This document shows positions 42,695 through 52,077 of a stretch of DNA of 64,000 nt, piece by piece. The notes below the pieces were generated by a model that saw only the letters and a program-made list of their open reading frames with translations, did not search any database and was not told where the DNA came from. The first letter of the stretch is position 1; every line of letters starts with the position of its first letter. This DNA comes from Gammaproteobacteria bacterium. GTDB taxonomy: Bacteria; Pseudomonadota; Gammaproteobacteria; UBA4575. Where the stretch lies: the NCBI GenBank assembly GCA_965203475.1, contig OZ241890.1:2203502-2267501 (forward strand). Reading direction: 5' to 3'. The translations under genes and the position numbers were made by a program.

Positions 42695-44962
42695 GTGAAC
42701 AAAAATTCTGCAGTACTTAAGGATTTAGTACTAATTGGTGGTGGTCATAGCCATGTTGCTGTACTAAAACGGTTTGGAATGAAGCCTATTGATGGTTTGC
42801 AAATCACGCTCATCACGCGTGATGTACACACTCCCTATTCCGGAATGCTACCTGGCTATATTGCAGGTCATTACACATACGATGAAAGCCATATTGATTT
42901 AAGACCCTTAGCAAGTTTTGCTGGAGCCCGACTGATCCATGCGTCTGCAAATTTTATCGATTTGGAAAATAAACAGGTGCATTGTGATGGACGACCTTCC
43001 TTTCGTTACGACGTGCTATCGATTAATACGGGATCTACACCATCACAAATAGAAGTTCCAGGCTCGGAACAATTCACCATCCCTGTGAAACCGATTAATG
43101 AATTTTTGGTCGGCTGGGATGAAGTGATGCAACAAGTACAGCGAAAAAAAGGTAATGCACAAATTGTAATCGTAGGTGCAGGTGCAGGTGGAGTAGAGCT
43201 TAGTTTGTCGACTCAATTCCATTTGCAAAAAATGTTAGCTCAGCATTCACTTCCAAATAACGGCTTGCAATTTCATGTGGTCTCCAGTGGCGACACAATA
43301 TTGCCTACGCATAATCGATCAGTACAAAAGCAATTTTACAGAGTGCTTGCTGAACGCGGAATCAAAGTGCATTTAAGTGATAAAGCAAAACGTGTTGATG
43401 AAAATCTTCTTGAATTAGATTCAGGTGAAACGCTACAAGCGGATACAATTTTTTGGACTACTCATGCATCAGCACCTTCATGGTTTAAAGAATCTGGTCT
43501 TGCGGTAGATGAGCAAGGATTTATCCAGGTAAATGATAGTTTGCGTTCTGTTTCACACGAAAATGTTTTTGCTGCAGGTGATGTTGCTTCAGTTGTAAAT
43601 TTTCCTCGACCAAAATCGGGTGTCTTTGCAGTGCGACAGGGCAAACCCTTGCACAAAAATATTCGACGCGCGTTAACGAATAGACCTTTAAAACGACATG
43701 TCCCGCAAATTGATTTTTTAAGTTTAATCAGTACCGGAAATCAATATGCAATTGCCTCACGTGGTAATTTTGCTTGGCAAGGAGCATGGGTATGGAAGTT
43801 AAAAGATCACATTGATCGAAAATTTATGCGCAAGTACAGCGATCTACCTGAAATGGAAGATAAACAAAATTCAGAATCAAAAAGTGAATTAATTGATGAG
43901 CACATTGTAAAAGATATATCGGCTATCGCCATGCGTTGTGGAGGTTGTGGTGCAAAAGTGGGTAGTAATGTGCTGAGCCGAGTGGTGAATCAGCTTTCCG
44001 CAGTCAATCGAGAAGATGTAGTAATTGGTCTAGATGCCCCCGATGATGCTGCAGTATTAGAAGTTCCAACCGGCATGGTGCAAGTGCAATCCGTTGATTA
44101 TTTTCGTTCCTTTATTAGCGATCCATATGTGTTTGGGCAAGTTGCGGCTAATCACAGTCTGGGTGATGTGTTTGCCATGGGTGCAACAGCACAAGCTGCA
44201 TTAGCTATTGCCACAGTACCCTATGCTATTGAAGATGTGGTGGAACAACAACTGTATCAAGTGATGTCGGGAGCGTTAGATGTTTTAAATCAACATGACA
44301 CCGCTTTAATTGGGGGGCACTCAAGTGAAGGTGCTGAACTTTCGTTTGGTTTGAGTGTTACCGGACTCATTGAAAAACAACGCATCCTTGCCAAGGGCGG
44401 TATGCAAGCAGGGGATGCCATTGTTCTAACTAAACCTGTCGGAACGGGCACGTTGTTTGCGGCCGATATGCGAGGCAAAGCCAAGGGCCGATGGATTTCA
44501 CAAGCTATTGAACACATGCTGCATTCTAATTTTCCCGCAGCGCAATGTTTATATGAATATGATGTGCATGCTTGTACCGATGTAACGGGGTTTGGTGTGT
44601 TAGGTCACTTAGTGGAAATGGTTCGTGCGGCGCAAGTAGATATCGTTATTAATCTTCAGAATCTAGCTGTTATGAATGGCGCTTTAGAAACCATGGATGC
44701 AGGTATATTTAGTTCGTTGCAGCCTTCAAATGTTCGATTACGTCGCGCAATTAAAAATCAACAAGAAGTTGTTGATCACAAGTTGTATCCGTTACTGTTT
44801 GACCCACAAACTGCAGGAGGTTTGCTTGCAAGTATTCCTAAACAACATGCGGATCATTGTATAAATCAATTGCAAACTTTAGGCTACAAACATAGTTGTG
44901 TGATTGGATATGTAGAGCCACAGTCGGATGAAGTAGAATCCATACAAATAAATTCAAACTAA
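42695..44962 (+). CDS. selD: Selenophosphate synthetase (SenC role) fused to an N-terminal FAD-dependent oxidoreductase
   Basis: N-domain LIGGGHSH, YSGMLPG, GAGAGGVE, FAAGD, GVFAVRQG; C-domain MRCGGCGAKVG, DDAA, QSVDYF, GGHS, TDVTGFG, DPQTAGGLL. Confidence 0.93.
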   Translation: MNKNSAVLKDLVLIGGGHSHVAVLKRFGMKPIDGLQITLITRDVHTPYSGMLPGYIAGHYTYDESHIDLRPLASFAGARLIHASANFIDLENKQVHCDGRPSFRYDVLSINTGSTPSQIEVPGSEQFTIPVKPINEFLVGWDEVMQQVQRKKGNAQIVIVGAGAGGVELSLSTQFHLQKMLAQHSLPNNGLQFHVVSSGDTILPTHNRSVQKQFYRVLAERGIKVHLSDKAKRVDENLLELDSGETLQADTIFWTTHASAPSWFKESGLAVDEQGFIQVNDSLRSVSHENVFAAGDVASVVNFPRPKSGVFAVRQGKPLHKNIRRALTNRPLKRHVPQIDFLSLISTGNQYAIASRGNFAWQGAWVWKLKDHIDRKFMRKYSDLPEMEDKQNSESKSELIDEHIVKDISAIAMRCGGCGAKVGSNVLSRVVNQLSAVNREDVVIGLDAPDDAAVLEVPTGMVQVQSVDYFRSFISDPYVFGQVAANHSLGDVFAMGATAQAALAIATVPYAIEDVVEQQLYQVMSGALDVLNQHDTALIGGHSSEGAELSFGLSVTGLIEKQRILAKGGMQAGDAIVLTKPVGTGTLFAADMRGKAKGRWISQAIEHMLHSNFPAAQCLYEYDVHACTDVTGFGVLGHLVEMVRAAQVDIVINLQNLAVMNGALETMDAGIFSSLQPSNVRLRRAIKNQQEVVDHKLYPLLFDPQTAGGLLASIPKQHADHCINQLQTLGYKHSCVIGYVEPQSDEVESIQINSN

Positions 44963-44974
44963 TATTCGTGATCT

Positions 44975-45008
44975 AAAAAAGAAAGCCCGTTAGAAGTAAC
45001 GGGCTTTC
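44975..45008 (-). terminator. Intrinsic terminator, strongest on the minus strand and probably bidirectional
   Basis: 12-bp stem GAAAGCCCGTTA/TAACGGGCTTTC with a GAAG loop and A6 on the left (U-tract on the minus strand). Confidence 0.88.
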
Positions 45009-45228
45009 GTTGTAGGCTTTGTTTCGTTTGTGGATGTTTTACCGCGTCGAATTATGCGTTTGTTACTAAATTACCTCGTTGAGTAGTGTTCTACTTTTCA
45101 AGGCAGTAATATGAAGTTACGCCAGGTCGATCTGCTTACGTTGTTTTACTTGCCTACTCTACTGATTAAAACAACAATAAAACATCTTCGGAATTAAATT
45201 ACGCCGCTTTTACGAAACCTACAATTAA
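44975..45228 (-). ncRNA. Candidate 250-nt structured RNA of unknown family
   Basis: Minus-strand TATAAT at 45240-45235, several nested complementary segments across 45010-45224, terminator at the 3' end and no convincing ORF. Confidence 0.4.
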
Positions 45229-45363
45229 AACTTCATTATATTTTTGATTAAAAGATTTGATATCAGAAATTGCTTAGTAATTGAGCCAAGTAAGTAAAAA
45301 TTTACCAATAAAACCTAAATATAGGCCGTTAAATTACTACTTAATCAAGGGTATAAAGGTAAA

Positions 45364-46317
45364 TTATGAAATTTTTTTCAATAAACGTTTCCAACCTTGT
45401 TTCTCTTTTGCATAAGTGAATAAGTTAGCTTTCTTTTTTGCTGCAAACGCTAGTTTTTTAAGAAATTTTTCATCTTGTTCAACTCGTAACAGGAGTTTGC
45501 GCAATGCTTGAGTATCGCCAACCTCGTAATAGCCTGGATAGTTTTTCCCGAGCAGTCCAATTGAACCTGGGATGTTTGAAGCGATACTGGGTAGACCTGC
45601 TACACAGGCTTCAGAGATCACATTGGCCCCACCCTCCATTCTTGAACTTAATACCATTACATCAGCAGAGGCGTATTGTTTGCGAATTTTCCAATGCGGT
45701 ATTTCACCATACCAGCGATATCTTTCGTTTTTCTTCATTTCCTGAATTGCGCGTTTTGCCCACTGTTCTGAATGGGCTTTACCATACTGCTTAACGCGTA
45801 TACGAGAATCAGCTGGAAGTTTGCGCACGGCATAGGCTGCGCGTAAGGGATCTTTTTCTTCGCGTAAATGTCCGATTACGCATACATCAAAAAATTTTTT
45901 TGCTTTCTTTTTAGCGCGAACTAAAGGCTTTGCAGATTGATGGATAACATTCATTTTTTTCCACGCATATTTAGGAATAGCAAGATAGGCTAAATCATGC
46001 AATGAAACTAGTTGATCGGCAATTTTTATGGAATGTAACGTTGGTTTTGGATGAGTCTTTATGAATTTATACAAGTCGGTTCCAGTCATCGCCACAATGA
46101 GTGGCTTATCTGGATTATTTTTATGAAAAGATTTTATGGAAGAAGCACTACGCCATGCATGTAGACCCACCATAAGGTCATAAACTTTTTCATCATATTG
46201 GGTGTTAACATAAACTCGATGACCGAGGTCCTGCAAAATATTTTTCCAGCGTATCGCTGTGGCTCGATTTCCCGCGCGGGAATGTGGTAATGCAGGCGTG
46301 ATTAATGAGATTTTCAT
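45364..46317 (-). CDS. senB: Selenosugar synthase-type glycosyltransferase
   Basis: GNRATAIRW, GLHAWRS, MTGTDLY, GHLREEKDP, SSRMEGGANV and YPGYY motifs; lies between selD and an EgtB-like gene. Confidence 0.88.
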   Translation of the reverse strand: MKISLITPALPHSRAGNRATAIRWKNILQDLGHRVYVNTQYDEKVYDLMVGLHAWRSASSIKSFHKNNPDKPLIVAMTGTDLYKFIKTHPKPTLHSIKIADQLVSLHDLAYLAIPKYAWKKMNVIHQSAKPLVRAKKKAKKFFDVCVIGHLREEKDPLRAAYAVRKLPADSRIRVKQYGKAHSEQWAKRAIQEMKKNERYRWYGEIPHWKIRKQYASADVMVLSSRMEGGANVISEACVAGLPSIASNIPGSIGLLGKNYPGYYEVGDTQALRKLLLRVEQDEKFLKKLAFAAKKKANLFTYAKEKQGWKRLLKKIS

Positions 46318-46370
46318 GTATCTGGATACTAAATAAGTTATTGTAACAATGTATATATTTTTTACTCAAA

Positions 46371-47678
46371 ATGAATTTTAAACAAGCCAATGTTGAAACA
46401 CTTAGTGCTGCGTTAAAAGATGCACGAAGTAAAACACTTTCACTCGTTGATAGTTTGAGTGAGGAACAATTATTAGGGCCTAAAGTAGCGACGGTTAATC
46501 CACTACGTTGGGAAATTGCACATGCAGCCTATTTTCACGAGTACTGGGTGTTGCGACATTTAGGAAAAAAGCAACCCATTTTACCCAATGCCGATGAGTT
46601 ATTTGATTCAATTTCAATTAATCATGATGACCGTTGGGATTTGCCTCTACCAAGTTTGGATGATACATATCAATATTTAAATGATGTGTTACAGGCTGAA
46701 CTAGATCAGCTTACACAAATTGAACTTACGGACGATGAAAAATATTTTTACCTATTGGCCATTTTTCATGAAGACATGCATACCGAAGCCTTTACCTATG
46801 TACGGCAAACATTAAATTATCCTAAACCAAATTTTTTAAACGAAGCAAATTCAAAAGAGAATTCATCTATACCGAAGTATGAGGATTTAGAAATTGATGC
46901 CGTTACTTTTTTATTAGGTGCAGAAGATAATCAGCAATTTGTTTTCGATAATGAAAAATGGGCACATCCCGTACGTTTAGCACCCTATAACATTTCGAAA
47001 TATGCGGTATGCAATGAGCAATATCTTGAATTTGTGGAGGCAGGCGGTTACAGAAATCAAGCGTACTGGACGGCTGAAGGTTGGCGCTGGTGTCAAGAAA
47101 GAAAGTTATCGCAGCCGGTTTATTGGAAAAAAGAGGGCCAACATTGGTATCAGCGAGAATTCGATACTTGGAAAGCGATCGAAATGTCACATCCTGTAAT
47201 CCATGTAAGTTGGTATGAAGCAAAAGCATTCTGTAAATGGGCCAAGCGGCGCTTGCCGACAGAAGCAGAATGGGAATATGCGGCCGCTGGCAAGCGAAGA
47301 AGCAACAACTCAATTTGTACTAAGAAGTCTTTTGAATATGAATCTGTAAATGGTTCATCAAACTCGAACAAGTATAACTTGAGTTTTAAATATGGGGGAA
47401 CCGTTGCTGTGTCCGAGTTTGCAGAAAGTGATTCCGACAGTGGTTGTCGTCAAATGTATGGCAATGTATGGGAGTGGACGGAATCAACATTCATGCCGTA
47501 TCCAGGATTTTCTCCGGACTGGTATGTGGAATATTCACGCGGCTTATTTGGGAGTACGAAAGTGTTAAGGGGTGGAGCTTGGACTACCAGTGGGCGCATG
47601 TTGCGTAATAGTTGGAGAAATTATTACGGACCTGATCGTAATGATGTGTTTGCAGGTTTTAGAACCTGTGCTATTTAA
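46371..47678 (+). CDS. senA: Selenoneine synthase-type EgtB homologue (DinB-like plus FGE-sulfatase domains)
   Basis: NPLRWEIAH, FHEDMHTEAF, FDNEKWAH, HVSWYEA, RLPTEAEWE, GNVWEW and RNDVFAGFRTC motifs; context with senB and selD. Confidence 0.85.
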   Translation: MNFKQANVETLSAALKDARSKTLSLVDSLSEEQLLGPKVATVNPLRWEIAHAAYFHEYWVLRHLGKKQPILPNADELFDSISINHDDRWDLPLPSLDDTYQYLNDVLQAELDQLTQIELTDDEKYFYLLAIFHEDMHTEAFTYVRQTLNYPKPNFLNEANSKENSSIPKYEDLEIDAVTFLLGAEDNQQFVFDNEKWAHPVRLAPYNISKYAVCNEQYLEFVEAGGYRNQAYWTAEGWRWCQERKLSQPVYWKKEGQHWYQREFDTWKAIEMSHPVIHVSWYEAKAFCKWAKRRLPTEAEWEYAAAGKRRSNNSICTKKSFEYESVNGSSNSNKYNLSFKYGGTVAVSEFAESDSDSGCRQMYGNVWEWTESTFMPYPGFSPDWYVEYSRGLFGSTKVLRGGAWTTSGRMLRNSWRNYYGPDRNDVFAGFRTCAI

Positions 47679-47689
47679 AATTAATATAA

Positions 47690-48367
47690 ATGAATATTCT
47701 TATTGTATTAACTTCACATGAGACTATGGGGAATACTGGTAGACATACTGGATTTTGGTTAGAAGAGTTTGCTACCCCTTACTATATTTTTAAAGATTCT
47801 GGTGCTCAAATTACCTTGGCTTCTCCAAAAGGAGGTTTGCCACCCATTGATCCAACTAGTGAACAAGATGAGTATCAATCAGCATCTACTGTTCGATTTA
47901 AAAGCGATGAAGCTGGTCAAACATTTTTAGCAAATACATGTAGCTTAGATCAAATTAGCACTGAGGAATTTGATGCCGTGTTTTATCCCGGTGGACATGG
48001 GCCCTTATGGGATCTAGTAGACAATACTTACTCTATTCAAATTATTGAAACGATGTTTGCAGCAAGCAAACCAGTGTCTGCAATTTGTCATGGGCCATGT
48101 GTTTTCAAAAATGCCAATCGTCAAGATGGCTCTCCCATTGTGCAAAACAAAAATGTAACTTGTTTTACAAATTCTGAAGAAGAAGCGGTGCAATTGAGTA
48201 GTGTAGTTCCTTTTTTAGTGGAAGATATGTTACGAGAAAATGGTGCTAACTTCTCCTATGCAAATAATTTTGAATATCATTGTGTACAAGATAGAAATTT
48301 AATCACAGGACAAAATCCTGCATCTTCTACCCAGCTTGCAAATGCTGTATTGGAGCAACTAGCCTAA
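47690..48367 (+). CDS. DJ-1/PfpI (class I glutamine amidotransferase-like) protein
   Basis: TGFWLEE, PGGHGPLWDL, ICHGP and ITGQNPAS motifs. Confidence 0.92.
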   Translation: MNILIVLTSHETMGNTGRHTGFWLEEFATPYYIFKDSGAQITLASPKGGLPPIDPTSEQDEYQSASTVRFKSDEAGQTFLANTCSLDQISTEEFDAVFYPGGHGPLWDLVDNTYSIQIIETMFAASKPVSAICHGPCVFKNANRQDGSPIVQNKNVTCFTNSEEEAVQLSSVVPFLVEDMLRENGANFSYANNFEYHCVQDRNLITGQNPASSTQLANAVLEQLA

Positions 48368-49176
48368 TGAGTTGGTGGGGGAAATTAGCTGGCGGTGGTC
48401 TGGGCTTTGCATTAGGTGGGCCATTGGGCGCTTTGATAGGCACTATACTTGGGCATCAGCTGGACAAACCAAATGATCAACAGCGACGTGTTGGATTTGA
48501 TCCCGGTTCACAAGAGCGCACCCAAGCGGCTTTTTTTACTGCCACGTTTGCTGTCATGGGACATATAGCAAAAGCGGACGGGCGTGTTTCTGCTGAAGAA
48601 ATTCAACTGGCACAACATGTCATGCAGCAAATGCGCTTAACAGAACAACAACAACAAACCGCCAAACAATTATTCAGACAAGGCAAGCAGGCCGACTTTG
48701 ATTTAGATGAAGTACTACTACAGTTTAAACAAGAGTGTCGTCGCAAAGTTACTCTTATTCAAATGTTCATCGAAATACAACTACAAGCTGTCTATGCCGA
48801 TGGTAAAAAAGATCCCACAGAGGAGAAAATTCTCAAACATATATGTGATGTACTAGGATATCCAAAAGCGTTTTTGACTCAACTTGAGTCCATGATTTTT
48901 GCGCGACAACAGCGATATCAATCGACGGGAGCAGGGCGTCCTCATGTGACCTCTAGAGAGAGTATTAGTAATGCATATAAAATTTTGGGAGTAAGTCGTT
49001 CAGCAAGCGAGACTGAACTTAAAAAAGCCTATCGCCGATTGATGAGCCAGCATCATCCAGATAAATTAATTGCAAAAGGCTTGCCAGAAGAAATGATTGA
49101 TGTGGCAACGGAAAAAACTCAAGAGATTCAAAAAGCCTATGAGCTAATTAAAGAATCACGTAAAAAATCTAAATAA
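48367..49176 (+). CDS. djlA: Co-chaperone DjlA
   Basis: N-terminal TM, TerB-like AKADGRVS, C-terminal J-domain with HPDK. Confidence 0.93.
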   Translation: MSWWGKLAGGGLGFALGGPLGALIGTILGHQLDKPNDQQRRVGFDPGSQERTQAAFFTATFAVMGHIAKADGRVSAEEIQLAQHVMQQMRLTEQQQQTAKQLFRQGKQADFDLDEVLLQFKQECRRKVTLIQMFIEIQLQAVYADGKKDPTEEKILKHICDVLGYPKAFLTQLESMIFARQQRYQSTGAGRPHVTSRESISNAYKILGVSRSASETELKKAYRRLMSQHHPDKLIAKGLPEEMIDVATEKTQEIQKAYELIKESRKKSK

Positions 49177-49188
49177 AGGAAAGACCTA

Positions 49189-49596
49189 GTGGTTAGATGG
49201 ATCATAATAATTTTACTTTTATCTCAACCGGTATTTGCAACTGAAGTTACCCATGTAGATAACAAAGAACTTAAAGTATTAATGCAACAGGGAGTACCGG
49301 TGATTGATGTGAGGGCTACGTCAGAGTGGCATGATACAGGTGTTATAGAAGGTAGCCATTTGCTAATGTTTTATGATGAACAAGGGAAGTATAATTTAGA
49401 CGCATGGTTGATGGAAATCGCACAAATTGCAGATAAAAATAGACCGATTGCGTTAATTTGTCTTTCAGGAAGCCGTAGCCATCAGCTTGCACGTTACTTA
49501 ACGAAAGTAGTGGGCTATGAAAAAGTTTATAATGTAAAAAAAGGAATAGGCTATTGGATTAGAAAAAATAATCCTGTTGTAAAGCCCCCAAAATAA
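49189..49596 (+). CDS. Rhodanese-like protein with signal peptide
   Basis: IDVR..EW..G.IEGS and active loop ICLSGSRS. Confidence 0.88.
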   Translation: MVRWIIIILLLSQPVFATEVTHVDNKELKVLMQQGVPVIDVRATSEWHDTGVIEGSHLLMFYDEQGKYNLDAWLMEIAQIADKNRPIALICLSGSRSHQLARYLTKVVGYEKVYNVKKGIGYWIRKNNPVVKPPK

Positions 49597-49617
49597 TATT
49601 CAGGAAAATCATTTGCT

Positions 49618-50010
49618 ATGCAAACCTTGTTTGAAAGAGCAGGAGGGTTGCCCACAACACGTGCACTTGCAGACGAATTTTTTAATGTAATGCAATCTGA
49701 CAAAAATACAAAAAGATTGCTAGAAATGCATCCTGATAATTTGCACATGAGTCGTTTGAAGCTGTACAAGTTTTTGACCGAGTGGTTTGGTGGTCCGAAA
49801 TTATTTGGCAACCAATATGTAAATGCAGAATGGCTAGAATTAAAACATCGACGATTACATTTTAATGAAGATGAAAAAAGTCAATGGCTATATTGCATGA
49901 ATACAGCAATGGATAATTTGAAATTTGATGCTGTAATCAAACAAGAAATAATTACTTTGTTTAATAATATGATTACTAAAATGCAAAGTATTCAAAATCA
50001 AATAAATTAA
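49618..50010 (+). CDS. Group II truncated haemoglobin
   Basis: LFERAGG, FLTEWFGGPKLF, LKHRR and QWLYCM motifs. Confidence 0.85.
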   Translation: MQTLFERAGGLPTTRALADEFFNVMQSDKNTKRLLEMHPDNLHMSRLKLYKFLTEWFGGPKLFGNQYVNAEWLELKHRRLHFNEDEKSQWLYCMNTAMDNLKFDAVIKQEIITLFNNMITKMQSIQNQIN

Positions 50011-50027
50011 AAAATGAGTTTTAAAAA

Positions 50028-51005
50028 ATGACAAGACCTTATTCAATATTAATGTGGATGGTTGCGTTTGTATTTGGAGCATTGATAGCCATCACCTTTG
50101 TTGTTGAGCCAGTTATTTTCGCCTTTGAAACAAACCCATGGTTTAACGCGCTAATTTTATTTATTTTGTTAATCGGAATTGCGCATAACTTTCAGCAAGT
50201 TGCAAAGCTTTATAAAGAAATTGCATGGATTGAGGATTTTAGAAACTCACGAGGTTCTAGTGCCTCGACAGATATTACTCCATTGTTAGCACCAATGGCG
50301 CGCATGCTTTCTAAAAAAGAAAGTGATCGATTAACGCTTTCGACTACCTCAATGCGTTCTCTGCTCGATAGCATCGGCAGCCGTTTGGAAGAATCACGAG
50401 ATATTTCCCGTTATCTAATTGGCTTGTTGGTATTTCTGGGGCTACTCGGAACATTCTGGGGCTTATTAGCCACTGTGAGTTCAGTAGGAGATGTGATTGA
50501 AAACATGTCGACGGGTAGCGGGGATAGTCTATCATTGTTTGAAAATCTTAAATCTGGATTGCAAGAGCCATTGTCTGGGATGGGGATCGCATTTAGTTCA
50601 TCGTTATTTGGATTGGCCGGCTCTTTAGTACTTGGTTTTTTGGATTTGCAAGCAGGACATGCACAGCGTAGATTTTTTAATGAATTAGAAGAATGGTTAT
50701 CTGAGGTAACCCATCTATCTTCAGGTGCGTTACCAGGAGATGGTGAAGCGCCTGTCCCAGTGTATGTACAAGCATTACTTGAACAAACAGCAGATGGGAT
50801 CAATAGTTTAGAAAGAACACTTAGCAGTCAATCGAAAGAGCAATCCCGTTTAGATGACCATTTATTAACACTTACTAAACAGCTTGCTGAACTTGGTGAG
50901 CATTTAAAACGCAATCAACAACCATTTTCAGAAGAATTGCGCAAAGAGCTTCGAATTCTAACCAAAACCATTGGTGCCTCATTGGCTAAACGGCAGGATC
51001 AGTAA
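50028..51005 (+). CDS. MotA/TolQ/ExbB-family membrane protein
   Basis: LLVFLGLLGTFWGL and GMGIAFSSSLFGL TM motifs. Confidence 0.85.
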   Translation: MTRPYSILMWMVAFVFGALIAITFVVEPVIFAFETNPWFNALILFILLIGIAHNFQQVAKLYKEIAWIEDFRNSRGSSASTDITPLLAPMARMLSKKESDRLTLSTTSMRSLLDSIGSRLEESRDISRYLIGLLVFLGLLGTFWGLLATVSSVGDVIENMSTGSGDSLSLFENLKSGLQEPLSGMGIAFSSSLFGLAGSLVLGFLDLQAGHAQRRFFNELEEWLSEVTHLSSGALPGDGEAPVPVYVQALLEQTADGINSLERTLSSQSKEQSRLDDHLLTLTKQLAELGEHLKRNQQPFSEELRKELRILTKTIGASLAKRQDQ

Positions 51006-51010
51006 ACGTT

Positions 51011-52045
51011 GTGAGTTTGTCCTACTCTTCTAGACGCGAAGTCAACATCTGGCCAGGCTTTGTAGATGCTTTTGCATCGTTGTTAATGGTTATTATATTT
51101 TTATTAGTGGTGTACACCATTGGCCAAATTTATTTAACAGATGCGTTAAGCGGTAAAGAAAAAACGTTAGTAAAGCTTGATCAACAAGTTGTTCACCTTG
51201 CAAATTTGTTAGCCTTAGAAAAATCTACAACTTCAGAATTACAAGAACAAGTTGGTTTGCTAAGTGCTCAGCTCAGCTCAAAAAGTAAAGAGTTAGAAAC
51301 TTTACAAACAGACGTAGAATTATTAACAGAATTAAGAGAAAAATTGGAAGCTGAAACCGCCAGCCTTGCTAGTCAACTACAATCACAGGATGAAACACTA
51401 AAAGTTGAAAAAGAAATTTCAGCTGAGGCACTTGCCAAAATTGAACTATTAAACTATCAGGTTAAAGCATTGCGCGATCAATTGGGCGCGGTGTCCAAAG
51501 CTCTGGGTTTGGAATTAGATGCTGAGAACGAAGACGTTGATAAACTTGCAGAGCGTTTGAATGTTGCACTGGCCGAGCGCGCGCAAGAACTTGCACGATA
51601 TCGTTCTGATTTCTTTGGGCGTTTGCGAGAAGTGTTAGGAGATAACCCAAATATTCGAATTGTAGGTGATCGTTTTGTATTGCAATCTGAATTGTTGTTT
51701 GAGAGTGGGTCGGCTGAACTTGGTCAAAAAGGCAAGCAGCAAGTTAAAAAACTATCACAGACTTTAAATATGGTAGCTCAGGAAATTCCTGAAGATATTG
51801 AATGGATCGTGCGCATTGATGGACATACTGATCGGAGACCTATCAATACGGAGGAATTCCCATCCAATTGGGAATTGTCTACAGCACGTGCATTAGCCAT
51901 CGTACGTTACATGGTTTCGCAAAATGTCCCACCAAAAAGGTTGGCCGCTACTGGGTTTGGTGAATTTCATCCACTCGACAGTAAGAAAACTGCGGAAGCT
52001 TATGCTAAAAATCGACGCATCGAAATTAAATTGACCTCCCGCTAA
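51011..52045 (+). CDS. MotB/OmpA-family peptidoglycan-binding protein
   Basis: WPGFVD TM segment, coiled coil, then GHTD, NWELSTARA and NRRIEI motifs. Confidence 0.88.
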   Translation: MSLSYSSRREVNIWPGFVDAFASLLMVIIFLLVVYTIGQIYLTDALSGKEKTLVKLDQQVVHLANLLALEKSTTSELQEQVGLLSAQLSSKSKELETLQTDVELLTELREKLEAETASLASQLQSQDETLKVEKEISAEALAKIELLNYQVKALRDQLGAVSKALGLELDAENEDVDKLAERLNVALAERAQELARYRSDFFGRLREVLGDNPNIRIVGDRFVLQSELLFESGSAELGQKGKQQVKKLSQTLNMVAQEIPEDIEWIVRIDGHTDRRPINTEEFPSNWELSTARALAIVRYMVSQNVPPKRLAATGFGEFHPLDSKKTAEAYAKNRRIEIKLTSR

Positions 52046-52077
52046 TGATTCTTTCAATGTATTTCATGTAGACACAC

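Noticed and set aside
45010..45224. Assignment of the structured region as 6S RNA, tRNA-Sec or a CsrB/Rsm-type sRNA
   Set aside because: No cloverleaf or TCA anticodon arm, no repeated GGA loops, and not in the usual zapA-ygfA context of 6S. Kept only as an unassigned candidate.
50028..52045. Zorya anti-phage system
   Set aside because: The A subunit is only 325 aa without the long ZorA tail, and no zorC, zorD or zorE effector genes are adjacent.
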